Below the pieces are notes generated by a model that ran no database searches, had not been told where the DNA came from, and worked only from the letters and a program-made list of their open reading frames with translations. DNA of 64,000 nucleotides from a virus: positions 1 to 64,000 of IMG/VR virus record IMGVR_UViG_3300037459_000160; one strand, given 5' to 3'. The position numbers and the translations under genes were made by a program. Below are positions 1 through 8,774 of the stretch, piece after piece (positions within the stretch are counted from its first letter, which is position 1; each line of letters opens with the position of its first letter).

Positions 1-520
1 GGCACAACACCAAAAAGAGATCCCCCCACAACACCCCTCCCGTCGAGTTAATCCCCCCATTTAATACCCCCCATATCTGCCCCGCCAGGGGGTCAATTCA
101 ATATCCCCCCTTGGGTAGCATTTTGCCCATTTCGCGGGCACACAAAAAAGACTCCCCCCACCCCCTTAGAGTGTGTGCCCGAGCCCACGCCCATTAGCTC
201 ACTCATTTCCTAGCAGATATTCATATGATGTAGCTATGCAGCTATGTATAGGGATTTACCAGCATTCGCGGGCACAACAAAAGGGATATTTATAGGGTAG
301 GACAGTAGGGATATGTAGGACGATTTGGTAGCTAGTAGCTAGGTTACTAGGCAGCGTAGAAGTACGTCATTCATTGGACTTTTGGTACGAGCCTTTTTGC
401 TATGGAAAAAGGTTATTGGCTTATCGTCTTTATCGAATATCCCCCCATCATATATCACATAATCAATAGCGATGCGGGCAGCACAAAGAAGACTTACGAC
501 AATACCCCCTCCCCCCTAGA
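1..520. repeat. Non-coding region with 4 imperfect direct repeats (GCGGGCAC/GCAC-A-rich core) and multiple C6 runs
   Basis: Copies near 1, 131, 265 and 473; 10-bp inverted repeat CGGGCACACA 135-144 / TGTGTGCCCG 172-181; no ORF. Confidence 0.7.
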
Positions 521-747
521 GAGCACGCTGTACACTACTATTTTTGCTGATTTGCTAAGCACTTAATCGACGTAAGTGTTAAATGTCTATGCAGTATTCA
601 CGCTAATTTTAAGTGAAAGTTTCCGGGGCTCGCCGATTTGAAACAGCGTGTCCAGATCGGCCCGGATCGGGCGTGAACCCCGGACGTATGTCTTTTTGTT
701 TTTGTGGGTTTTTCTTGTTTCGTGGGGCCTATAATAAATGGGGCTGA

Positions 748-763
748 ATGAACCCGGGTTCAC
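748..763. promoter_or_regulatory. 16-bp palindromic motif copy
   Basis: ATGAACCCGGGTTCAC. Confidence 0.7.
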
Positions 764-808
764 TTTCTCGGGATCGGTATTAAATCGCGGGCATGGAGGG
801 CCGAGAGT

Positions 809-1198
809 GTGCGAATATTCTTTTTCGTTATTGCGTTGTCTCTCGTGGGCGATATCTCGCGGGCGGATATTCCCATAAATGACCGGGACAAAATCGCGGG
901 CCTGTACATCCAAACGCATACCGTGGAAATAAACCACGTTAAGGGACCGGGCAAAGGAACACGCTCTTTCGTGATCATCCGAGACCGTTTCGGGAATATC
1001 ACGGATTGGGCATGGCTCAAGGAAGTTTCGTTTTCTCTTAAGAATGAAATGTTTTGGAAGATTTCACGTAGGGTTTACCGCGTGCGTTTCGATCGGCTCA
1101 CGGTCTCGCGGACCAACTACGATGTTGAGATTGCAGAGCGGAGTAAATTGCCGAGGAAATATCGTGTTTCGGTGTTTACAAAACGAAAGGCCCCTTGA
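809..1198 (+). CDS. Hypothetical protein with N-terminal signal-peptide-like segment
   Basis: 129 aa ORF, hydrophobic N-terminus MRIFFFVIALSLVG. Confidence 0.55.
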   Translation: MRIFFFVIALSLVGDISRADIPINDRDKIAGLYIQTHTVEINHVKGPGKGTRSFVIIRDRFGNITDWAWLKEVSFSLKNEMFWKISRRVYRVRFDRLTVSRTNYDVEIAERSKLPRKYRVSVFTKRKAP

Positions 1199-1676
1199 TT
1201 TTTTCAAATCAAGGAATAGGCGTATCGTTGACCCGGGAATCCTGTTCCTTTTGACCCCGAAATAATATTCCGCCGAAAATAATTCGCGAGAACGGTAGAG
1301 ATATGGTGGAACGGGAAAATAAAGAGCTTGCTAGCACATCCTGATTGCTGTATGGTCTACGTAATTACTACGTTCTCGCGATTTCCTGTATTGCTCTGGT
1401 TTCCGGTCAACGGTTTTTTACCCGTTGGTGATAAACGCGGGAAACCGCTGAGTATAGCAGAGGCAGCATTAGGGATCGCGGGCGAGAGGGTGTTTTGCGA
1501 AATTAGAGGGCGGAAGGAAAATCCGGGTAAATGTTGGCTAGCCTACTTTTTCCGAAATCGTGTTTCTAGGCCGAGTAAGTAAACGGGCCGTACTGGATTT
1601 CCAGAGAGACGCAAATATACTTCTAACGTGCCGGCCCTCTCGATTTTTTTTTGACCTTTAACCTAAGGAATGAACG

Positions 1677-2129
1677 ATGCCTCAAGAAACCGTAACAATT
1701 GCCGGGATGCCTGAAATTTGGTCAAGCGATATTTCGTTTTTCCCAAGCGATGTTTCGGCAGCCTTTGCAAAGTGGGCCGTTAAACAATCCCCGTTTTGTA
1801 CGCCTCAAAACCTTACTAATGCGATTGAGTACGTTCAAGAACACGCGGAAACGTGGGTTGAACGTGAGGATTTCCAAGCCCCTCAAATACGATTGGTGCG
1901 GCTCAATTGCCGCGAGGTTCATAAACGCCTTGAGGAATTCTTTGAGCGAACACCCGTTATTGAAGCGTGGAACCATCCGAAATCGGGAAAGGAACAAGCG
2001 TTTTATGGAGGGGATCGGCAGGGCAATTATCAAAGCCCCGATGATGACATTATTGACCTTGGAGCGTTGGCCCGTAATGTTGCCCATGACCTTGCGTTGT
2101 GGCACATTTATGACCGAGCCCACGATTAA
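1677..2129 (+). CDS. Hypothetical phage protein
   Basis: 150 aa ORF preceded by AAGGAA RBS. Confidence 0.75.
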   Translation: MPQETVTIAGMPEIWSSDISFFPSDVSAAFAKWAVKQSPFCTPQNLTNAIEYVQEHAETWVEREDFQAPQIRLVRLNCREVHKRLEEFFERTPVIEAWNHPKSGKEQAFYGGDRQGNYQSPDDDIIDLGALARNVAHDLALWHIYDRAHD

Positions 2130-2135
2130 AGTATA

Positions 2136-2236
2136 GGCTCCGTGACGAAATGGCAAACGTTGGTAGAGCAAGATAATGTTCTACTGCCCGATACGGTAAT
2201 AGGTCGGGATTGCAGGTTCAAGTCCTGCCGGAGCCT
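2136..2236 (+). tRNA. tRNA-like element (class II/Leu-like scaffold) with aberrant extended anticodon arm; possible pseudo-tRNA
   Basis: Acceptor stem GGCTCCG/CGGAGCC; D-arm ACG-AAATGGCAAA-CGT; T-arm GCAGG-TTCAAGT-CCTGC; long variable arm CCCGAT/GTCGGG; anticodon arm is a 9-bp stem with a 6-nt loop; no CCA. Confidence 0.7.
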
Positions 2237-2319
2237 TTAGCAGTTTGGCCCATGGCCGGCCGATAATCGAAACGTCTTAACTCTTGGGGCCCATCGTTCA
2301 AAATTGAGGGAGAAACGTG

Positions 2320-2535
2320 ATGGCCAAAAATAGAGCCAGAAAAAAACCTAATGACTTGAAAAAGGTACCGACTAACATTGCACTCAAGCCGCAATTGATC
2401 AAACGGGTACGTGTCGTTGCCGCTAGAAATCTTGAGCAAGTTACCGACGTAATGGAGCGTTTGATTTTAGCGGGCATAATTGATGAAGAGTTGCAAGCCG
2501 AGGCGAATCAAAACGCTCGGCCTAACCCAAGGTGA
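2320..2535 (+). CDS. Small putative ribbon-helix-helix-type DNA-binding protein (paralog of 3152-3367)
   Basis: Basic N-terminus, beta-strand then helices, C-terminal DEELQAEANQNARP shared with paralog. Confidence 0.55.
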   Translation: MAKNRARKKPNDLKKVPTNIALKPQLIKRVRVVAARNLEQVTDVMERLILAGIIDEELQAEANQNARPNPR

Positions 2536-2542
2536 GTAAGCG

Positions 2543-3127
2543 ATGAGATGGTCTTTACCTGAATATTGGCAAGGTGTTGGCGATTTGGTTGCGTGTTTTG
2601 TTGTCATTCAAATCATCTGGTTTGTTTTACAGTTTGCCAGGACCCAAGCCCGAGCCCACGCCCGCGAGAAACGTCAATCGACAGCCCCGCCAATCATGAT
2701 GCCGGGCGGCCCAAATCCGGCAATTTTGAACCGGGCTCCCCCCACGGTTGAACCCAAGCAGGCTTGGTACGCCATTTCTTTAATTTCCGATGAACGCCAG
2801 CGACAAATAGACGTTGAGGGTTGGACGGCCGAGCATGACGACAAGCACGATAAGGGAGAAATGGCAAAAGCGGCGGCCGTTTATGCAACGATAACTCAAG
2901 AAACGGGGTTCCGCATATTTGAATCCCCATTACAGCATGGTTGGCCGTGGGGTATTGATTGGCTTAGGCCGTTTGCCGAGCCCCCGGCAGATGATCCCCG
3001 ATTTGATTACTCGTTTCCCCACGTTGATCGGTTGCGGTGTTTGGTAAAAGCCGGGGCCCTAATCGCGGCAGAGATTGACCGCGTGTTGCGATTGAAGGAA
3101 AAAGAGTGGAACGAAAATGAATCCTGA
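2543..3127 (+). CDS. Conserved phage hypothetical protein with N-terminal TM segment
   Basis: ERQRQIDVEGWTAEHDDKH...WPW...LVKAGALIAAEIDR motif set, common in phages. Confidence 0.75.
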   Translation: MRWSLPEYWQGVGDLVACFVVIQIIWFVLQFARTQARAHAREKRQSTAPPIMMPGGPNPAILNRAPPTVEPKQAWYAISLISDERQRQIDVEGWTAEHDDKHDKGEMAKAAAVYATITQETGFRIFESPLQHGWPWGIDWLRPFAEPPADDPRFDYSFPHVDRLRCLVKAGALIAAEIDRVLRLKEKEWNENES

Positions 3128-3151
3128 CCCAAAACAATTGAGGAGAGAGAT

Positions 3152-3367
3152 ATGGCACGAGAAAAACTTAGCGATCTGGAAAAAGTGCATGTTCACATTA
3201 GGTTGACTCCTGCGATGTTCAATCGAATCCGGCGAATTGCGGGAATCAATTTTGAAACTATATCCGAGGTAATGGCCCGAATGGTTTTGGCTTCCTTGGA
3301 TGAGGAAGAATTGCAAGCCGAGGCAAACAGGAATGCCCGGCCTAAGACTACTCGCGAGATTTCATGA
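3152..3367 (+). CDS. Small putative RHH-type DNA-binding protein (paralog of 2320-2535)
   Basis: VHVHIRLTPAMFNRIRRIA; C-terminal DEEELQAEANRNARP; GAGGAG RBS. Confidence 0.6.
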   Translation: MAREKLSDLEKVHVHIRLTPAMFNRIRRIAGINFETISEVMARMVLASLDEEELQAEANRNARPKTTREIS

Positions 3368-3528
3368 AAAGTAAATTCGGTATTGAGATCCCCGCCAAAG
3401 AACAGGAACACCGTGAGTTTTTGGTATCTCAAGATATTTGCCCCGAGTGCGGTGGGGAATTGGATACCGGATTTGAGTGTAACGATTGTGGATTTGACGC
3501 GAACCAAGGCGAGAATCCTACGGGCTAA
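3364..3528 (+). CDS. Small zinc-ribbon protein (54 aa, below ORF-track cutoff)
   Basis: CPECGGELDTGFECNDCG; ATGA overlap with upstream stop. Confidence 0.6.
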   Translation: MKSKFGIEIPAKEQEHREFLVSQDICPECGGELDTGFECNDCGFDANQGENPTG

Positions 3529-3618
3529 GTGTCAATGTCAACGATCCCTGAAATAGAGGAAACGGGATTGGCAATTCTCGCTCTTTAATCTTAACCCCTA
3601 ACCCCGAGGAATCTAAAA

Positions 3619-3903
3619 ATGGACGACGGAAACGACCCCAAAAGAACCGCCCGAGTAATTCCGGCCGCCGCTGAAATGAGCAACCTTGAGAATGCGTTAC
3701 AATTGCTCGCCGAGAGCTTGACGCATTTACAGGAAAGACTTGAGCCGACATTATCGCCCGATAGTGGCCGGGCAGCCGAGGAACCTGATAAGATGCCCGA
3801 GGAACAGTTTTCGCCGTTGGTTTTATACCTCAAAGGTTGTAGCACGAAAGTGCATCGTCAAGTAGCGAGGATAAATGAGCTTGGGGAACGGCTCGAAATT
3901 TGA
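3619..3903 (+). CDS. Hypothetical coiled-coil protein
   Basis: 94 aa ORF, GAGGA RBS. Confidence 0.65.
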   Translation: MDDGNDPKRTARVIPAAAEMSNLENALQLLAESLTHLQERLEPTLSPDSGRAAEEPDKMPEEQFSPLVLYLKGCSTKVHRQVARINELGERLEI

Positions 3904-3906
3904 CGC

Positions 3907-3934
3907 TTGACAATTTTTCCGCATTCGGTATAGT
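3907..3934 (+). promoter_or_regulatory. Sigma70-type promoter
   Basis: TTGACA-16nt-TATAGT; nearly identical to the promoter at 14798. Confidence 0.7.
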
Positions 3935-3947
3935 TGAGGCAGTTTGT

Positions 3948-4358
3948 AATTTTTAACCCCGTAATTTTTGGAGAAAAACGATGCCGAAGTACAAAGTGAA
4001 ATTGCAACGACCCGTTACCGAGGATATTGAGGTTGAGATTGAGGCTCCCGACAAACGATCGGCTACGGGGGTGGCCGCCGATCAAACCAACAAAAGATTG
4101 CCGGGCCTTCCCTGGATTGTTCTTACGCGTGAGGAAATACCCGAGCCTTTGCTCTATACAGGCATTGTGAGAACTTCAAATGCCGAAACTCTCTTGCGGT
4201 ATTACAAGAAATGCACGCGGGCCGATTGCAAGGCCGAGGCAGAAGCGGCGGGAGAGACGTTGGTTTACCTATTTGAGGGCCACGTTACGCCGATTAGTTG
4301 ATGGCAAATTACGAATTTTTAACCCCGTAACTTTTGGAGAAAAACGATGCCGAAGTAC
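3948..4358 (+). repeat. 45-bp direct repeat (3948-3992 and 4314-4358) spanning leader and start of two tandem paralogs
   Basis: AATTTTTAACCCCGTAA(T/C)TTTTGGAGAAAAACGATGCCGAAGTAC, 1 mismatch. Confidence 0.9.
3981..4301 (+). CDS. Hypothetical protein, tandem paralog A
   Basis: MPKYKVKLQRP...LFEGH shared with next gene. Confidence 0.8.
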   Translation: MPKYKVKLQRPVTEDIEVEIEAPDKRSATGVAADQTNKRLPGLPWIVLTREEIPEPLLYTGIVRTSNAETLLRYYKKCTRADCKAEAEAAGETLVYLFEGHVTPIS

Positions 4359-4730
4359 GTAGTGACTTTACAGCGACCTTTGTTTGAGGTTAGGACTGTT
4401 GTGGTTGAGGAATCCAAAGGTCATGCGTCTTATTCTGCCGAGGATACGGCAAATAAAAACCTTGACCACCACGAGCCTAAATGGGAAGCTACGGGGATGA
4501 AACCCTTGCCCGAACCTCAGCCGTTTACGGCGGTAGTTACGGGCAACAATCAAGATCCGTTTTTGCGACAGTTTACCGAGTTTTCGCGGGTTGAGTGTGA
4601 GCAAAGGTGTCAAGGTGCGGGACAAACTTTGCTCTTTTTGTTTGAGGGTCACTTAGAGCAAGCTGATGGTGTGGGCTCTAAACCTCTTGCAGCCTACCCG
4701 CACGCCCGCGAGGGCGGAAGTATAGGCTGA
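4347..4730 (+). CDS. Hypothetical protein, tandem paralog B
   Basis: MPKYVVTLQRP...LFEGH. Confidence 0.8.
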   Translation: MPKYVVTLQRPLFEVRTVVVEESKGHASYSAEDTANKNLDHHEPKWEATGMKPLPEPQPFTAVVTGNNQDPFLRQFTEFSRVECEQRCQGAGQTLLFLFEGHLEQADGVGSKPLAAYPHAREGGSIG

Positions 4731-4936
4731 TTTGTAAGGCCGTGATCACCCGGGAAGGGCCGGAAACGGGCCGAGATTAGGGATTAGAGGAAGGGTCGTT
4801 AAACGTCGGCTAGACGGTCTTTCCGCCAAACGGTTTTGATAGGGTTTCGGGTTGACAAGTCGAAACGTCGAAAACAAAACCGAATCACCCTAACGGGCCG
4901 AACCCGACTGGGTTTTTTGAGGAGAGATAACTTGTA

Positions 4937-5113
4937 ATGACTTGTCGGAAGTGCGGAAGTATGTACGGGGGCGATCCGGGGACAATTGGAAGTTGCCCGC
5001 GTTGTGAGGGCGAGCCCGAGATTCCAGATTATGCCCATTTTGTCGTGGGAATTGCGTTAGGGTTCTCTTTAGGGGTGGTGGTCGGAATTTGGGTTATAGA
5101 GTTTTTCAAGTAG
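4937..5113 (+). CDS. Small Zn-ribbon membrane protein (58 aa)
   Basis: CRKC...CPRC followed by a hydrophobic helix; GAGGAG upstream. Confidence 0.55.
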   Translation: MTCRKCGSMYGGDPGTIGSCPRCEGEPEIPDYAHFVVGIALGFSLGVVVGIWVIEFFK

Positions 5114-5121
5114 GGCGAGCA

Positions 5122-5391
5122 ATGGCCTTTTGTGAACACTTTAATTTTGATGCCTCGGTTGAGGTAAACCGGTTGGAGGATGTTGGGAAATTCCAAGCCG
5201 GCATTCGTATTGTGTGCCGGGATTGCGGGCAGCCCTTTAGATTCTTGGGCTTGCCTATGGGTGTGGATCTTGCGGGGGCAACAACAAATGGCGATGCAAC
5301 CGAAGCTCGAATGGCAATTGCTCCAAAAGATGAATCATGTTCGGGTTTAGAGGGGCCGGCCGGTTTTGCAATTAGGAAACCTTTGAATTGA
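5122..5391 (+). CDS. Hypothetical protein with CxH/CxxC motifs
   Basis: MAFCEH...CRDCGQPFRF. Confidence 0.65.
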   Translation: MAFCEHFNFDASVEVNRLEDVGKFQAGIRIVCRDCGQPFRFLGLPMGVDLAGATTNGDATEARMAIAPKDESCSGLEGPAGFAIRKPLN

Positions 5392-5403
5392 GAGGGCGAG
5401 AAC

Positions 5404-5748
5404 ATGGCGGGAAAATTAAGCGACTTGAAAGTACGTTTGCGGGCAGCAAAAGAAACGGTACCTCTTGAGGAATACCTTTTGAGGTACGCGGTACTTGACG
5501 GGCATGGTAATTTGGACGGGCATTTCATACCGATCAACATTGCCCGCATCGCGTGCGAGCATTTGATACACGATGAGCTTGAGGTTACGCTTGACGATGA
5601 GCAAGCGGCCCACCAAGACACGTTGAGGCTTTTGGGCGAGCGAAATAAGGTGTTGGCCGATTGGCTCGTATGGGCCGAGAATACCGACCTTGCCGCGTGC
5701 CCGAGCGGGCGAGCGTTATTGGGATTAACTCGCGAGGCGTTGGGATGA
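5404..5748 (+). CDS. Hypothetical protein
   Basis: 114 aa ORF, GAGGG RBS, coupled to next ORF. Confidence 0.65.
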   Translation: MAGKLSDLKVRLRAAKETVPLEEYLLRYAVLDGHGNLDGHFIPINIARIACEHLIHDELEVTLDDEQAAHQDTLRLLGERNKVLADWLVWAENTDLAACPSGRALLGLTREALG

Positions 5749-5990
5749 ACCAAAAAGAAAAACGGGCCGCCGATCTTGACCGGGCAGCCGCTTGGTTTTG
5801 CGGGCTCACCGATGAGCGAAAAGTTGAGGCGTTTAGCAATTGCCTCGGTTGGCTCATGGATTCGGAATACATCGGCGTACGATCCGAGCAAGAGATTGTG
5901 GAAGAATGGGAGAATGGCGAGCCCGCCCGCTCATATATGACGTTGAAGGCCCCTTACTTGCGTTCGTGCGGGGAGTCAATCATACAATGA
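5745..5990 (+). CDS. Hypothetical protein
   Basis: ATGA-coupled ORF. Confidence 0.6.
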   Translation: MNQKEKRAADLDRAAAWFCGLTDERKVEAFSNCLGWLMDSEYIGVRSEQEIVEEWENGEPARSYMTLKAPYLRSCGESIIQ

Positions 5991-6394
5991 ACGCTGATCA
6001 AATGATTGCCGAGTATGGCGATGAGGCGTATCACAAGGCCGTTGAGCTTGCGGTTGTGGGCGTGAGGGTTGAGGATAGCGGGGGAGCCGGAATCTATTCG
6101 GAAATTGCTATTGAACTAATGCAACGCGGGTACCACAAGAAAGGGCGAGACCGTGCCGGAAATGAAGTAACCAAGCCCGAGCTTTTGAGGGTTCGGGAAA
6201 TCTCCCATTCGGACAAACCCGCCGAGCTTATAACCGCAAGGTGGTTAAAATGGCGGCTCGGTCTTTTGGTGAGCGTTCTTATGGTGTCCGTTGGATCGGT
6301 TTTAATAGGGCAGGGTAATTACAACCCCGGTATCGGTTTGGCGATGTTGGGGGCTTGGTTGGTGGGAGCCCTTACAAAAAACGTGGAAGGATAA
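5987..6394 (+). CDS. Hypothetical membrane protein (C-terminal two-TM segment paralogous to 9250-9447)
   Basis: WRLGLLVSVLMVSVGSVLIGQGNYNPG. Confidence 0.65.
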   Translation: MNADQMIAEYGDEAYHKAVELAVVGVRVEDSGGAGIYSEIAIELMQRGYHKKGRDRAGNEVTKPELLRVREISHSDKPAELITARWLKWRLGLLVSVLMVSVGSVLIGQGNYNPGIGLAMLGAWLVGALTKNVEG

Positions 6395-6400
6395 AAGACC

Positions 6401-6688
6401 GTGCCAGTAGGAAAGCACTTTGATGAGAGCAAAGGATCAAACGAACTTTTTATGGATGTTTGGTTGCTTGAGCAAATCGACCATTACAAAATTAGTTTTC
6501 GTGGTTGTGCCCGCAATCAAATTCCAGTACCGGCCAGCGATGAGGAAATTTACGGGCTCTTGATTATCATCCACAACATGCGGCGGGCGGATAAAATCTA
6601 TCGCGATAAACTCGCGTGGATCATTACAGGCACTTGGGTTGTTATAATTGCTCTGGTTGCTTTTGATCTTTTGATAGGGCTCAAGTGA
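6401..6688 (+). CDS. Membrane-anchored hypothetical protein (paralogous segment in 7189-7611)
   Basis: IYGLLIIIHNMRRADK plus C-terminal TM. Confidence 0.65.
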   Translation: MPVGKHFDESKGSNELFMDVWLLEQIDHYKISFRGCARNQIPVPASDEEIYGLLIIIHNMRRADKIYRDKLAWIITGTWVVIIALVAFDLLIGLK

Positions 6689-6697
6689 GCATCTCAA

Positions 6698-6713
6698 GTG
6701 AACCCGGTTGCAC
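6698..6713. promoter_or_regulatory. 16-bp palindromic motif copy
   Basis: GTGAACCCGGTTGCAC. Confidence 0.75.
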
Positions 6714-6732
6714 AACTAAATTGAGGGGTAAA

Positions 6733-6942
6733 ATGAGTAAATTTCAAGATAATTTTGACATGACTATTGGTCGTTTGGACCGGGTTCTTTCCGAGTTGGT
6801 GAACTACGCCAAAGGAAAGAACGGGATCATGGATGAGGAAAACAAGCAGACTCTTAAGCACCATGCCGAGGATATGCAGGCCGCTGCTGAGTGCATTTTG
6901 AATAAGATTGGTAAAGATGTTGAGAGCACCCCGGCCGGATGA
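6733..6942 (+). CDS. Hypothetical protein
   Basis: GAGGGG RBS, 69 aa. Confidence 0.55.
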   Translation: MSKFQDNFDMTIGRLDRVLSELVNYAKGKNGIMDEENKQTLKHHAEDMQAAAECILNKIGKDVESTPAG

Positions 6943-7192
6943 GTCTAGTGATTACCATCGCGGGCACAAAATGAAACTGCTTGACGGTGTTTGGCTTTAT
7001 TGCGATACCGGGCAGCCCGTTAGCGATGATCCCGATAGACCTTGTGGGTATTGTGGGCTCGCGAACACGCCTGAGGGGCATGACGGTTGTCTTGGGGAAA
7101 TTCCGGGTGTTCGTAATGCCTGTTGCGGGCACGGCGAGGCGGGTTCGGCCTATGTCCAATTTAACGACGGAACACGACGGGGAAAAACGTGA
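6917..7192 (+). CDS. Cys/His-rich conserved phage protein
   Basis: CGYCG...EGHDGCLGEIPGVRNACCGHG. Confidence 0.7.
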   Translation: MLRAPRPDESSDYHRGHKMKLLDGVWLYCDTGQPVSDDPDRPCGYCGLANTPEGHDGCLGEIPGVRNACCGHGEAGSAYVQFNDGTRRGKT

Positions 7193-7611
7193 GTAAGCTC
7201 AAAAACATCCAAATATCAATGTGGTTTGAAGGGCAAGACCCCTTGGTTGATCCTCCAAAGGAAATCGCGGGGGTCATGCAAAACACCCTTGAGGAAACGA
7301 TTGAGTTTGCAACGGGATGTATTGAGACTCATTGGAATGGCGAATGTGAATGCCAACAAGAGGGCGGGAAAAGCATTTTCAAAGAAGCAATGCGAGCCGT
7401 TGAGAACGAACAATTTACCGATGCTTGGCTTGCCGAGCAACTTGATAATCCTCCAAATAACAACGAGCAGTTGTACGGGCTCTTGGTTATCATTCACAAG
7501 ATGAGGCAGAAAGACAAGAATCGCTGGGTTTTTGTGGGTACTTGCCTTGTTGCGATCGGCACTTGGATTATTGTAGTTTCTTTGGTTGCTGGCGTTTTGA
7601 TGGGCCGTTAA
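7189..7611 (+). CDS. Membrane-anchored hypothetical protein
   Basis: LYGLLVIIHKMRQKDK plus C-terminal TM. Confidence 0.65.
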   Translation: MSKLKNIQISMWFEGQDPLVDPPKEIAGVMQNTLEETIEFATGCIETHWNGECECQQEGGKSIFKEAMRAVENEQFTDAWLAEQLDNPPNNNEQLYGLLVIIHKMRQKDKNRWVFVGTCLVAIGTWIIVVSLVAGVLMGR

Positions 7612-7615
7612 ACCT

Positions 7616-7731
7616 AAGTGGAGAGGGGTTGCGTCTACGGGTACTCCAATGAAATAACGAGCGGGGCTTTACTCCTTTCGACCCGTGGCGATTACTCATC
7701 TTAAGGCCCGCGACCCCCGGCCCACTTTTTT
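7616..7731 (+). ncRNA. Structured intergenic RNA motif, long copy (homolog at 29804-29853)
   Basis: Stems AAGTGG/CCACTT, GGGGTTGCG/CGCGACCCC and ACGGGT/ACCCGT, followed by T6; shares 12-nt and 11-nt identical blocks with the second copy. Confidence 0.55.
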
Positions 7732-7740
7732 GAGGGTGGC

Positions 7741-8022
7741 ATGAGAAAGATTCGGATTGAATACGAAATACCCCCGTTGCGGGCAGTCTATACGGAGGAT
7801 TTTGTAACTCTTTCGGATACGATTGATAAGGAGAAAGTCGCTCAACAACTCATAAAGGAGAATCCACGGGCCCGCGTGCGAAAGGTTACGGAGTTGTGTG
7901 AGAAATGCGATAACCACGCGACCGAGCCACACACTTGCCTATATTTGCTTGAGATTGACGAGGATAACAGTTTGTGTAATTGTTGCGAGGCGTGCGAGGA
8001 TCAATGTAGAGATAGGATTTGA
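7741..8022 (+). CDS. Cys-rich hypothetical protein
   Basis: CEKC...HTC...CNCCEAC...C. Confidence 0.65.
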   Translation: MRKIRIEYEIPPLRAVYTEDFVTLSDTIDKEKVAQQLIKENPRARVRKVTELCEKCDNHATEPHTCLYLLEIDEDNSLCNCCEACEDQCRDRI

Positions 8023-8034
8023 GAGGGCGAGAAC

Positions 8035-8205
8035 GTGAGCTTATCGGCAAGCCTCAAAAAACAGGAACGTAAAACCCAAGAGTTTCTTGACGGGTTGTTT
8101 CCCGATAGCCCTTTAGATGCACACGACCAAAGCGAGGCTTTACTTTTGATCTTGAGAAACCAAAAGGCTTTGCTCGCGGCAGCAAATACAACCCAAGACA
8201 CTTGA
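8035..8205 (+). CDS. Small hypothetical protein (probable paralog of 8248-8430)
   Basis: LLLILRNQKAL vs VVLILENQAAI; same leader TTGAGAGGGCGAGAAC as gene 5404. Confidence 0.5.
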   Translation: MSLSASLKKQERKTQEFLDGLFPDSPLDAHDQSEALLLILRNQKALLAAANTTQDT

Positions 8206-8247
8206 GGAATATTTACGCCCTACGCACGCGAGGGCGGGAGCAAGAAA

Positions 8248-8430
8248 ATGAGCGAACGCGATGACGTATTGACACTTGAGAATCAACGGCTAAAAACCGA
8301 GAAACTGATTGCCGCCTACGCGGGCGGGCCCTCGCCCGATGTTCCCGATATCAACGAAATGGTTGTTTTGATTTTGGAAAATCAAGCCGCGATTATGGAT
8401 ACACTCTCAAAGGTTCGCCGATTGCAATGA
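8248..8430 (+). CDS. Small hypothetical protein
   Basis: GGGAG RBS, coupled to next gene. Confidence 0.55.
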   Translation: MSERDDVLTLENQRLKTEKLIAAYAGGPSPDVPDINEMVVLILENQAAIMDTLSKVRRLQ

Positions 8431-8774
8431 AACTTACAAAGACGATTACGGTTCGGATGCCCGAGGAATTGCACGAACGGATTAAGGAAGCCGCGACAAT
8501 TCAAAAAGTAAGCATGAATGAGTTTTGTGTTGACGTTTTGAAAAAGGCGAGCGATGCGACGATACCCACGGGATCACTTGAGCGATACGTTGGCACGTTC
8601 GTTATCGTCAAGTGTGCGATTCCAAGCGACAAGCGGGGCCAATGGATACGGCCGGGCGAGCGATTGCTAGTTGAGGCTGTTTACGGTAATCACTTTACGT
8701 TGGTTTGGCCCGATACTAAACGTGTGGCGGCCACACAAGTATATTTGAAAAATCTCAAAACGGGGATAGGATGA
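8427..8774 (+). CDS. Arc/HicB-like ribbon-helix-helix DNA-binding protein with extra C-terminal domain
   Basis: ITVRMPEELHERIKEAATIQKVSMNEFCVDVL. Confidence 0.7.
   Translation: MKLTKTITVRMPEELHERIKEAATIQKVSMNEFCVDVLKKASDATIPTGSLERYVGTFVIVKCAIPSDKRGQWIRPGERLLVEAVYGNHFTLVWPDTKRVAATQVYLKNLKTGIG

Noticed and set aside
1-520. CRISPR array
   Set aside because: Repeats are too degenerate and spacing (about 135-200 bp) is too long and irregular; no cas genes
1200-1676. Riboswitch or ncRNA in the long intergenic region
   Set aside because: Some pairing is possible (GGTTTCC/GGAAACC, CAACGG/CCGTTG), but there is no recognisable family or second copy
2136-2236. Assigning a specific anticodon (e.g. GAT or TAA) or an intron to the tRNA-like element
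   Set aside because: The loop is not the canonical 7 nt, and the 7 extra nt do not fit a recognisable intron
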